From positions 54,685-118,684 of the IMG/VR virus record IMGVR_UViG_3300032294_001228: a stretch of DNA of 64,000 bases. The stretch is one strand, 5' to 3'. Shown piece after piece: positions 37,824 through 46,463 of this stretch. Positions within the stretch are counted from its first letter, which is position 1, and every line of letters starts with the position of its first letter. The notes under the pieces were generated by a model. The model did no database searches. It saw only the letters and a program-made list of their open reading frames with translations, and was not told the DNA's origin. The DNA comes from a virus. The translations under genes and the position numbers were made by a program.

Positions 37824-39121
37824 GAGCACGTCAGTTTATATTAGAATACAATCAACAGGCCACAGCACAACGCTTTGGTGATAAACTCTTACAGGCTGCT
37901 GTAAAAGATCCTAGTCCAGAGATTTATAACATCTATTCTTTATTAAACGATCGCAAAGAGTTCAAAGATTTTAACTTAGATCCAAATACTAAAACCAATA
38001 TCCTAATCTCAATCATGCAGGCCATTGAAGGTGCAGATCCAACTAAGAACAAAGAATACACAGTGTTCCTGGCTAAGATGTATGCCCAGGGTGGATGGGG
38101 TGCTCGTATCGAAGACTTAGAAAGTAAAGTCAAACCAGCATTAGAAAAATTCCACTTATTAAAACTTAAGAAGAAAATACCAGCACCACGTAACGATATC
38201 ATGCGTTACAGTGACCTAGCAGACTTTGTAGCGGTAATAGATGAATATCCAGATCCAGAAGAAAAGAAACAAGTAGACAAAGGCACTGCCAAAACAGTAT
38301 TTGAAAATGATGCTGTGCGCATAGTCGTTCCAGAAGATCAAAATGCCGCTTGCTATTATGGTCAAGGCACACGTTGGTGTACAGCCGCTAAGACCAGCAC
38401 CAATTACTTTAATCATTACAGCAAAGAAGGCAACTTATATATACTTCTACCTAAACAACCCAAGCACGATGGTGAGAAATATCAACTGCACTTCCCTAGT
38501 GAACAGTTCATGGATGAAAATGACTATGGTGTTGAAAATATAGTCAACTTATTAGAACACCGCTTTGGCAATTTAGTGCCATGGTTCCAAGAACACGAGC
38601 CAGCTATACGTGAGTGGGTTATGTTTGCCCGTGATGAAGATTTAAAAGAGCCCTTGATGCAGATTGGCGAAATCGTCATGGAACATGTTTGGGAAATGAT
38701 CAATGATTGGGAAATAAACGATGACTACTGGTATGAGCATCTACGCAAAGAAGGCTATGTATATCCAGAAGGACATGAAGAAGAAGGCATGATTGACTGG
38801 GACAAGGCTGCAGAGGATGACGTCGATTATCTCAACTGGAACTATGATGCCAATGATTGGTTTCTCGCAGCCAAAGAAGCTGTTGAACTAAGTCCAACTC
38901 AGGCACGTCGTGGTGCAGAAGAGGGCTACGAAGAAGAAGGTGAAATAATCACCATGGGTGAACTGGAATTAATACCGGCCTACAATGTTCGCCAGGCATT
39001 CCTCCGCAGCCGTGATGGTGATGGTGGATTAGAAGAGTGGATACACAAACGTATCGTCATGCAGAAAGATGGTGACAAGTGGGTGGCTAAATTTTATACT
39101 CCACCTAAGAAAACGACATAA
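37820..39121 (+). CDS. Hypothetical protein (YGxGTRWCTA domain plus acidic C-terminus)
   Basis: MRARQFILE; ADPTKNKEY; ACYYGQGTRWCTA; KYQLHF..EQFMDE. Confidence 0.7.
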   Translation: MRARQFILEYNQQATAQRFGDKLLQAAVKDPSPEIYNIYSLLNDRKEFKDFNLDPNTKTNILISIMQAIEGADPTKNKEYTVFLAKMYAQGGWGARIEDLESKVKPALEKFHLLKLKKKIPAPRNDIMRYSDLADFVAVIDEYPDPEEKKQVDKGTAKTVFENDAVRIVVPEDQNAACYYGQGTRWCTAAKTSTNYFNHYSKEGNLYILLPKQPKHDGEKYQLHFPSEQFMDENDYGVENIVNLLEHRFGNLVPWFQEHEPAIREWVMFARDEDLKEPLMQIGEIVMEHVWEMINDWEINDDYWYEHLRKEGYVYPEGHEEEGMIDWDKAAEDDVDYLNWNYDANDWFLAAKEAVELSPTQARRGAEEGYEEEGEIITMGELELIPAYNVRQAFLRSRDGDGGLEEWIHKRIVMQKDGDKWVAKFYTPPKKTT

Positions 39122-39191
39122 CCCAGGACCGTTTGGTGTTATGAGGCGGCTGCTGCCTTGGAGGGATGCCTAGAGTGAGCAAAGAAAAATT

Positions 39192-39767
39192 ATGCTAACA
39201 TTAGAACTATTTGAAGACAGTCCAGATACCCCCGCAGGTAGCCGTACCAAAGATCTCAACCTTGGTAAGCTATGGTTGCTGACAGAATTAAAGCGTTTGG
39301 GCATGGATGAATTTGACACTGTGTATGTCTTGGGCAGTTGGTATGGTAGCATGGGTCCTTACTTGTTAGACAAACATATACGATTCCGTACAGCATATTT
39401 GATAGACGTCGCAGCAAAAAACACTGAATGGGTCCAGCAGATGGTTAAGAAATTAGGCATCAATGATCGCATCATTCCAGTGACTCAGGACTGCAATACC
39501 ACGGACTACAAAGGTCGTCGTATATTAGTGATCAATACCAGCTGTAATGATGTAGCTAATCAAGGATGGTTTGATCATATCCCAGCTGGCACAGTAGTAG
39601 CACTAGAAGGCCGTGATAATCAGCCCGATAATCCCACTAATACTACACAGTATCTCGACAAGTTTCATGCAGAATATCCATTAGAAGAGACCTATGTGCT
39701 AGATCAGATCCAGCTCAAGGGCTATGACGACAGTTACAATAGATTCCTCAAGATAGGTACAAAATAA
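39192..39767 (+). CDS. SAM-methyltransferase-like protein
   Basis: VYVLGSWYG...YLIDV...INTSC Rossmann-like pattern. Confidence 0.5.
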   Translation: MLTLELFEDSPDTPAGSRTKDLNLGKLWLLTELKRLGMDEFDTVYVLGSWYGSMGPYLLDKHIRFRTAYLIDVAAKNTEWVQQMVKKLGINDRIIPVTQDCNTTDYKGRRILVINTSCNDVANQGWFDHIPAGTVVALEGRDNQPDNPTNTTQYLDKFHAEYPLEETYVLDQIQLKGYDDSYNRFLKIGTK

Positions 39768-39776
39768 ATACATAAT

Positions 39777-42059
39777 ATGCGTTATGATCAGTTCAAAATT
39801 AACCTACTAGAAGCTATCTTAGATGAAGCGGAAATGTCGCCTAAAGCGTTCCAAGAGTTCCTAAATAGTCCTTTAGTTACGGGTATGAAGATGGGTTTTG
39901 AACTAGAAGCAGTGATACATAATGTGCGTGAATACGGCGATGACAGTGAAAATGACTACAGCTATGATGAACGTGTCTATGATATAGAAAATATCTTAGA
40001 GTTCTTCCGTGGTGGCGAAGATCCCAATGGTGATAACACTATCAATAAATTACGTAATGACTTATATGATGATTTCATGGAGTGGCAGGATGCTGAGTTT
40101 GATGACTACATGAGAACTGACGAAGCACAAACTAATTTAAAAGAACTTACTCGTGAAATACTTGATGATCGAGACTACGATGAACGTCAGATAAAACTAG
40201 CATTTACTCAAGCTGAAGAAGGTAAACCTAACGATGCCTACGTAGACGCCGAAATATCAGCGATGGAAAAAATGCGTGACGAATGGCAGGACGGTGATGG
40301 TGGTAGCTTTGAGAAATACTGCGATGTTATGGACATGAACTACATGAGTGATGTGCAGAACAAATACGAACACTATCTATATTGGCCTTATACCACCTAC
40401 AGTGACGAAGAATACTTGAACACAGAATATGTAGCAGATCAATTAAAATATGAAACAGGCATTGATGCCTATGCTAGTGACAGCTATCACGGTACTAGCC
40501 GTGCTCGTGCCCAAGAAAAAGGACAGTGGATTATCGAACCTGATTCCAGCATCTCAGCAGATGGAAGTGACGAAGGTGGCTTAGAGTTCGTCAGTCCAGC
40601 ATTAGATATCCCTGAAGCGATTAAACAGATGCAACAGGTCCTAGAGTTTATCCGTGAGTATGGGTATACTAATACATCAACTGGCCTACACATCAACATC
40701 TCAGTGCCAGACTACAATGTAGACAAATTAGACTATGTTAAACTAGCGATATTCCTTGGTGATAAGCACGTGCTAGAACAGTTTGATCGCCTGAGCAATC
40801 ACTATTGCGACGGTGCTTATAAGAAGATTGGTAATAAAGTACAACAGATGAAAGGTGATGAGCTCAAAGCTGTGATGAACAAGATGAAAGAAGGCCTAAC
40901 ATTGGCCGCAAGTAAGATCATACACACAGGCTATACTAGCAAATATACATCAATCAACACCAAAGAAGGCTATATCGAATTCCGCGGTCCGGGTGGTGAT
41001 TATCTAGATAAAGATCCACAAGAACTAGCCAATACAGCCTTGCGCATGGCTCTAGCCCTACGTATCGCTACAGATCCAGAGATGTATAAGAAAGAATATC
41101 AAAAACGCTTATACAAAGTCTTAACTGACTCTGGTGAGAAAGATGACCTAGTCAAGTTCAAAGACTACGTGGCCCGTTTCCAAACTGCTGATAAAGAAAC
41201 AAGAGGCTACATCATACAGACTATACAAGCAGAACGTGAAGCACGCAAGGCTAAGAAGAAAAAGCCAGAAGGTGAGTCACGTCCATACTGGATGGTACGC
41301 CGTCGTGGTGACACCAGTGGTGGCGGTATGGCAGTGTTTGCTGACACAGCGTTTGATGCTGTTAAAGAAGTTGCTAAGTCCTGGAATATGGATCCTATCT
41401 ACTTGGTAGCAACACCGATGGCAGATGAAAAGCCCGATGATAGCTCACAAGGCGGTGGAATAGCCACAGGTGGAGTTACAGTTGACGGCAATGCTACAGG
41501 TAATTATCAACTGGTAAACAGCAATCGCAGCGTAGATCGAAGATTAACTAATGTCGATAGAGATACAGCAGAGCGCACTGCACGTCATATGGAACAAGAA
41601 CTTGGGTTAGAAAGTGGTAGTATACACGTGATGAGAATAAACCGTGACAATCAAGCAACTACTGGTGCGGCTGGACATAATTGGCGCATCTATGATGTAA
41701 ACAATCCTGATCTATTCACTGTGGTGGCTGCGGATAGCCGCACCAATGCTGCGGATCGTTGGTCTTACGTGAATCCAGAACGTCCAGCTGACATGGTAGA
41801 TGCTGTTCCTGATGAAGGTGCTATGAAGTATGAATTTACCATAGCACAACAGGCATTTAATCCTGATTCGACAGGCGATGCAGATAGATTCATCTATCCA
41901 GCAGAGCTATATCGTCAGAGAACAGGACGTGAAATGCCCGTTCGCAGAGTATGGGCTACTAACAAAGAACAAGCTATCAGCAAAGCTCGCACATTCTTCC
42001 CAAGAGATTTTGACACTATCCCAGAAGAATGGATAAAGATCAACGTAGTAGGTATATAA
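39777..42059 (+). CDS. Putative amidoligase (COOH-NH2 ligase) with C-terminal repeats
   Basis: MGFELE, EPDSSI, GLEFVSP, TGLHINIS, KYTSIN, YIEFRGPG. Confidence 0.8.
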   Translation: MRYDQFKINLLEAILDEAEMSPKAFQEFLNSPLVTGMKMGFELEAVIHNVREYGDDSENDYSYDERVYDIENILEFFRGGEDPNGDNTINKLRNDLYDDFMEWQDAEFDDYMRTDEAQTNLKELTREILDDRDYDERQIKLAFTQAEEGKPNDAYVDAEISAMEKMRDEWQDGDGGSFEKYCDVMDMNYMSDVQNKYEHYLYWPYTTYSDEEYLNTEYVADQLKYETGIDAYASDSYHGTSRARAQEKGQWIIEPDSSISADGSDEGGLEFVSPALDIPEAIKQMQQVLEFIREYGYTNTSTGLHINISVPDYNVDKLDYVKLAIFLGDKHVLEQFDRLSNHYCDGAYKKIGNKVQQMKGDELKAVMNKMKEGLTLAASKIIHTGYTSKYTSINTKEGYIEFRGPGGDYLDKDPQELANTALRMALALRIATDPEMYKKEYQKRLYKVLTDSGEKDDLVKFKDYVARFQTADKETRGYIIQTIQAEREARKAKKKKPEGESRPYWMVRRRGDTSGGGMAVFADTAFDAVKEVAKSWNMDPIYLVATPMADEKPDDSSQGGGIATGGVTVDGNATGNYQLVNSNRSVDRRLTNVDRDTAERTARHMEQELGLESGSIHVMRINRDNQATTGAAGHNWRIYDVNNPDLFTVVAADSRTNAADRWSYVNPERPADMVDAVPDEGAMKYEFTIAQQAFNPDSTGDADRFIYPAELYRQRTGREMPVRRVWATNKEQAISKARTFFPRDFDTIPEEWIKINVVGI

Positions 42060-42068
42060 ATACATAAT

Positions 42069-43076
42069 ATGCTAGCACTTGAATTATTTGAAGAATTGCA
42101 AGGACCGCCAGAGCCAACCTTAATTGATGCTCTGCGTGATTTCTTGCCTATAGCAGTCAAGCATCTGAAACTAAAACATCTTCCTAAAATCAAGCTCTTA
42201 CGTGATTTAGGCACCGAACATGTGCCATCATTTGGTAAATTCAGCAATGAAGATCGCATAGTCCATGTGGATATCGAAAATCGCCATCCAAATGATGTCT
42301 TACGCACTCTAGCACATGAACTCACACACTACGCACAGGGCGAACAGAATCGTTTAGACGCTGACAGCTGGCGGACAGGTAGCACCATAGAAGATGAAGC
42401 TAACGCCGAAGCTGGCGTTATCATGCGTAAATTTAACAAAAATTTTCCGCAGTATATGGCGCTCAAACCTATAGTGTTTGAAGCAGCCGACTACGAAAGA
42501 GACATGCAGTCAGATCCAAGTGACCCAATTCCGTTTCCTCCGGGCACTACTCTAGTAAATGTTAGTGATGTATATGATTGGTATAAACTGGGTATGGCAG
42601 TTCCTGCATTAGACAAAGCTGATCCTAGAATCTTTAATAAAGGTGTACCACATACAGTATTCGCATTTGGTACTGAAGAAGAAGAACACAGACTAGCGCC
42701 GTTACTTAAACGCCTAGGATTTACTCTACACGATATCGATAAACCAGAAGATTACGAAAAAGCCATACGAGCCAGTGATGTTGTTGAACACTTAGAACAG
42801 TATGTCGCTGAAAAGTGGACTAATAAATACAAAAAGAGTATCAACTGTAGTAATCCAAAAGGTTTTAGCCAAAAGGCCCACTGTGCTGGACGTAAGAAAA
42901 AAGCCAATGAAAACTTTGCTGATGGTAAAAAGCCTGGCCGCAAAGGATTAGCTAAACGTAGTGGAGTAGATTGCAAACAGTCAGTAACAAAATTAAGAAG
43001 CATCGCTAAGAATTCAAGCGGTGAACGTCAACGCATGGCGCATTGGTGTGCTAATATGAAATCAGGGAGAAAATAA
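42069..43076 (+). CDS. Zincin-like metallopeptidase domain plus small basic modules
   Basis: LRTLAHELTH (HExxH)...EDEAN; then FEA, VAE|KWTNKYKKSINC, ANE|NFADGKKPGRKG modules. Confidence 0.65.
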   Translation: MLALELFEELQGPPEPTLIDALRDFLPIAVKHLKLKHLPKIKLLRDLGTEHVPSFGKFSNEDRIVHVDIENRHPNDVLRTLAHELTHYAQGEQNRLDADSWRTGSTIEDEANAEAGVIMRKFNKNFPQYMALKPIVFEAADYERDMQSDPSDPIPFPPGTTLVNVSDVYDWYKLGMAVPALDKADPRIFNKGVPHTVFAFGTEEEEHRLAPLLKRLGFTLHDIDKPEDYEKAIRASDVVEHLEQYVAEKWTNKYKKSINCSNPKGFSQKAHCAGRKKKANENFADGKKPGRKGLAKRSGVDCKQSVTKLRSIAKNSSGERQRMAHWCANMKSGRK

Positions 43077-43189
43077 TGCCTTTAATGACTCTAAAATTTG
43101 TAATAAACGGTAAAGAATATACAGTGCAGGCTAATAGCCTAGTCGAAGGTGCTAAAATGGCTGAAGCATTAGCTGCAGCAGATTTATAA
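43076..43189 (+). CDS. Small hypothetical protein (37 aa, not in ORF track)
   Basis: GGGAG RBS, TAATG coupling; MPLMTLKFVINGKEYTVQANSLVEGAKMAEALAAADL*. Confidence 0.5.
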   Translation: MPLMTLKFVINGKEYTVQANSLVEGAKMAEALAAADL

Positions 43190-43207
43190 AATTAATCAGG
43201 AATTATT

Positions 43208-43780
43208 ATGAAACCAACAGAATTTTTAAATTTAACTAAAACCATTAAGTCTATAAGTGAGGATATTGATCCAGCAGACGTAGGTGAATACGACCGCGAA
43301 GGCGAAATGGCCATTGACCAGTTAGAAACTGCTGCAGAAGCGGCTAACGAATTGCGCAGTATTTTAGATGCTGATGAGAACTTGCCTGAGTGGGTACAGA
43401 AAAAAATTACTCTAGCATTAGATTATTTAGACACCAGCCGCGATTATATGAAGTCACAAGATAACGACAGTGACGAAGAAACCTACGAAGGTGATGAGTT
43501 CTATGAAGCCTATGGTATCATGTGCGAAAACCTAGAAGAAGCAGAATACCGCGGACGCAAAGTTCCGTTAGGTAAACCAATGCAGGGGGATGTAAAAAAG
43601 TTCAAAGTATACGTTAAAGATCCTAAAACAGGCAACGTTAAAAAAGTAAACTTTGGCGATCCTAACATGCGCATTAAGAAATCAAATCCAGCACGCAGAA
43701 AATCATTCCGTGCTCGCCATAACTGCGATAATCCAGGACCGCGCACTAAAGCACGTTACTGGTCATGCCGTAAGTGGTAA
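43208..43780 (+). CDS. Modular protein with a basic C-terminal domain
   Basis: MKPTEFL; LPEWVQKKI module; LEE|AEYRGRKVPLGKP...KKFKVYVKDPKTGNVKKVNFG...ARHNC...ARYWSC. Confidence 0.7.
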   Translation: MKPTEFLNLTKTIKSISEDIDPADVGEYDREGEMAIDQLETAAEAANELRSILDADENLPEWVQKKITLALDYLDTSRDYMKSQDNDSDEETYEGDEFYEAYGIMCENLEEAEYRGRKVPLGKPMQGDVKKFKVYVKDPKTGNVKKVNFGDPNMRIKKSNPARRKSFRARHNCDNPGPRTKARYWSCRKW

Positions 43781-43781
43781 T

Positions 43782-44210
43782 ATGAGAGAACTAATCACTC
43801 TAATAGAAGCAGTAAGTCGTGGTTGTCCAGTAGCAACTGCGGATATCCATGTCAATTTAAAAAACAGACAGCATGCCATTGATGAATATCATTATGGTCC
43901 TGCTAATCCAGATAAGCCAGAAGACTATTGGAAAAAATCTGCTAAAATATTTAACGTTAAAGAAGCCACTGCCAAGACCATGTTATGTGGTAACTGTGCG
44001 GCGTTTGATGTATCTGACAGTATGCGCGATTGTATCGCCAAGGGCATACAAGGCGACGAGAAAAACATAGATGCCAATGCCACTATTAATCTAAGCGACC
44101 TAGGCTATTGTAACTTCCTACACTTTAAATGTGCTGGTGAACGTAGTTGTTCTGCTTGGGTCACAGGTGGTCCTATTACAGAAAAAGACAAAGGTAAAAA
44201 AGCGGATTAA
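43782..44210 (+). CDS. Cys-rich hypothetical protein
   Basis: Start ATG 43782 (MRELITLIE); CPVAT, CGNC, GYC...FKC...RSCSAW. Confidence 0.7.
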   Translation: MRELITLIEAVSRGCPVATADIHVNLKNRQHAIDEYHYGPANPDKPEDYWKKSAKIFNVKEATAKTMLCGNCAAFDVSDSMRDCIAKGIQGDEKNIDANATINLSDLGYCNFLHFKCAGERSCSAWVTGGPITEKDKGKKAD

Positions 44211-44211
44211 T

Positions 44212-44745
44212 ATGAGAGCTTGTGAATTTTTAACTGAAAGTGAAGAAAAATTAGAGTTGGCCAAATTACCTTACTCTAGGACTGCTCTTGCCCCAGTTAT
44301 GAGTAAAAATACCATAGATAATCATTATGGTAAATTAGCCAAAGGATATGTTGATCGTTATAACAAGGGCGAAGGAGATGCCACATTCAATGCCGCTGGT
44401 GCTTACTTACATAATCTGTTCTTTCCACAGCTACGTGCGCCAAGATCAAGTAACAAACCAACAGGGCTAGTTAAAACTCTAATAGAACGCAAGTTTAAAA
44501 CTTTTGATAAATTTAAAGAAGAAATTGAAGAAAAGGCCATGAAGTTACAGGGTAGTCATTGGATTTATCTTAGTAAGACAGGTACTATTAAAACTATTCC
44601 CAATCATCAAAAACGTCATGACATTGCCTTGCTAATAGACTGGTGGGAACATGCGTGGGCATTAGACTACGGTACTGATAAGAAGAAATACCTGTCTAAT
44701 ATCTGGCGTATTATTAACTGGGATATTGTTAATCAACGTCTATGA
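44212..44745 (+). CDS. sod: Fe/Mn superoxide dismutase
   Basis: LPY..ALAP.MS..T...HYGK, YLHNLFF, QGS.W, DWWEHAW; all four metal ligands present; start ATG 44212. Confidence 0.85.
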   Translation: MRACEFLTESEEKLELAKLPYSRTALAPVMSKNTIDNHYGKLAKGYVDRYNKGEGDATFNAAGAYLHNLFFPQLRAPRSSNKPTGLVKTLIERKFKTFDKFKEEIEEKAMKLQGSHWIYLSKTGTIKTIPNHQKRHDIALLIDWWEHAWALDYGTDKKKYLSNIWRIINWDIVNQRL

Positions 44746-45161
44746 ACAACTGGGAAGTCTATGTTAAAGAAAGTTATGAGCTCATCAAGCGAGCAGAAAA
44801 TGAGCTTACAATTAATTTAGCACACGAACTAGAAGCATACGTAGTGCACCTATTTGCTCATTATTTAGATAAACCTCGAGTCAATACAGTTCCAATAGGT
44901 GTTAAATTATTAAGTGCCGCAACTCTCCCAACCCAAGCTAAAAAAGAATTACTCAAATCAGTAGGTGACGAATGCTTGTTAATCAACAGTATGGAATGGG
45001 GTAAACACCGTTGGCCCACTGAAGTCTATTATAGTGATATGGGACAGATGGCCTATCTGAGCCGTGCTTATGCAGAACGTCCTCCGGAAGACTTATATGA
45101 TGATTTAGCTTATCAATTCCAAACCGCAACCAAAATACTACGCAAGTGTAGAATAAATTAA
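44742..45161 (+). CDS. Hypothetical protein
   Basis: 139 aa; LKSVGDECL...YYSDMGQMAY. Confidence 0.7.
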   Translation: MNNWEVYVKESYELIKRAENELTINLAHELEAYVVHLFAHYLDKPRVNTVPIGVKLLSAATLPTQAKKELLKSVGDECLLINSMEWGKHRWPTEVYYSDMGQMAYLSRAYAERPPEDLYDDLAYQFQTATKILRKCRIN

Positions 45162-45170
45162 CCAAACCTC

Positions 45171-45199
45171 TAGACACGGTTAAATACTTCAAGTATAAT
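45171..45199 (+). promoter_or_regulatory. sigma70 promoter with nested late element
   Basis: TAGACA-17-TATAAT; TAAATA at 45181-45186. Confidence 0.65.
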
Positions 45200-45225
45200 A
45201 TAATTTTAAATCAAGGAAAATTGAC

Positions 45226-45483
45226 ATGTCAAAAATGTTTTCAGGCGAACAAAAAGCCAAACTAACACAGTTAATCAACGAAGGTATCGCTGTTCTACAA
45301 GAAGTAGAAGATCTATCAGCGGGCCTAAACGATACGGTTAAAGCTGTCGCAGAAGAACTAGAAATCAAACCGGCGATCTTAAAGAAAGCTATCAAGATCG
45401 CACAAAAATCAAAATTAACTGAAACCAATGCTGATCACGAAACTCTAACAGACATCTTAGAAACAGTTGGTCGCACTGTTTGA
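45226..45483 (+). CDS. Small dsDNA-binding protein (T4 DsbA-like)
   Basis: 85-aa helical; LNDTVKAVAEELEIKPAILKKAIKIA. Confidence 0.55.
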   Translation: MSKMFSGEQKAKLTQLINEGIAVLQEVEDLSAGLNDTVKAVAEELEIKPAILKKAIKIAQKSKLTETNADHETLTDILETVGRTV

Positions 45484-46112
45484 TGAAAAAGTTTTCTGCG
45501 GTAGTTTATACTGCTGGGAGGACTGGTTCCCATTTAATAATTAATAATTTATGTAGACATTATCATGTCACTCGTCAACTAGATTCGGACAGATCTATCG
45601 TTGACGGTATAGTACATACTCACAATCCGTTATATATACCACCAACTGAAAATTTTATTGCTATCATAAGTCGGCGACATAATCAATTTGAATCAATTTT
45701 AAGTATGGAATTAACCAAACTAACCAATGAGTTTGTGGCATATACAAATAAAGAAATAACGCCATTCGCTATAAACCTAGCAAAATTTAAAAATTGTTAT
45801 CTTTTTCAAAAAGCATTTTATCAGGCGATTGATAGAACTAGGTATACTAAAGTAGTTGATATAGATTATGAAGATTTGATTTCTAACCCAACGTGTTTAG
45901 TATCTGATTTTAATGTTAAAATTGATTTATCATTAACTAAAAAATCTCCATACAATTATTATAATTTAGTTACAAATATCAAAGAGTTAAAAGAAACATT
46001 TCAAGAATTAGAACAAAAATCAATTACTCCAGAAGAAATTGAAAATTTTAAAAAAACAATAGAATCAGATTTAATGGATATACGGATAAATCATAAAGGA
46101 AATCGACTATGA
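45480..46112 (+). CDS. Sulfotransferase-like protein (AT-rich)
   Basis: YTAGRTGSHLI (5'-PSB), SRR....SILS, IDYEDL. Confidence 0.6.
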   Translation: MMKKFSAVVYTAGRTGSHLIINNLCRHYHVTRQLDSDRSIVDGIVHTHNPLYIPPTENFIAIISRRHNQFESILSMELTKLTNEFVAYTNKEITPFAINLAKFKNCYLFQKAFYQAIDRTRYTKVVDIDYEDLISNPTCLVSDFNVKIDLSLTKKSPYNYYNLVTNIKELKETFQELEQKSITPEEIENFKKTIESDLMDIRINHKGNRL

Positions 46113-46396
46113 TCGATTGGCATAGAACAATAAAATTTATCAGAGATGATTGGCACAGTCATCCCGTAAGATTATGTTTGGAAGTTTTTAATTGGTTTTT
46201 AAATATAATTGTTGTAGTTACGTTTGCGGCAACTGTACCTGATGTACCATTTTTAATAGTTTACCCATTGTTCTTTTGCTGTCTAGCAATTAGTATGTAT
46301 TCAGCATTAAGCAGAGGAAGTTTTGGTTTGTTCATGACCAGCTTGACAATTTTTCTAGTAGATCTTGTGGGATATGCTAGATTGCTATATAATTAA
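46109..46396 (+). CDS. Small membrane protein
   Basis: Three hydrophobic segments. Confidence 0.65.
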   Translation: MIDWHRTIKFIRDDWHSHPVRLCLEVFNWFLNIIVVVTFAATVPDVPFLIVYPLFFCCLAISMYSALSRGSFGLFMTSLTIFLVDLVGYARLLYN

Positions 46397-46406
46397 ATAT
46401 AAAGAC

Positions 46407-46458
46407 GCCCACGTTGGGCATGTAGAGTGTGTGTGAGCTAGAAGTCGCACAAAAAGGA
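46407..46458 (+). promoter_or_regulatory. Structured 5'-UTR of the DNA polymerase gene (candidate translational operator)
   Basis: Hairpins GCCCA-CGT-TGGGC (46407-46419) and TGTGTGA-8 nt-TCGCACA (46430-46451) immediately before AAGGA. Confidence 0.5.
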
Positions 46459-46463
46459 AAAAG

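Noticed and set aside
29907-44211. Long N-terminal overlaps implied by ORF-track starts 29907, 30664, 33420, 43653 and 44131
   Set aside because: Downstream ATGs (29925, 30718, 33462, 43782, 44212) fit the RBS, coupling and motif evidence better.
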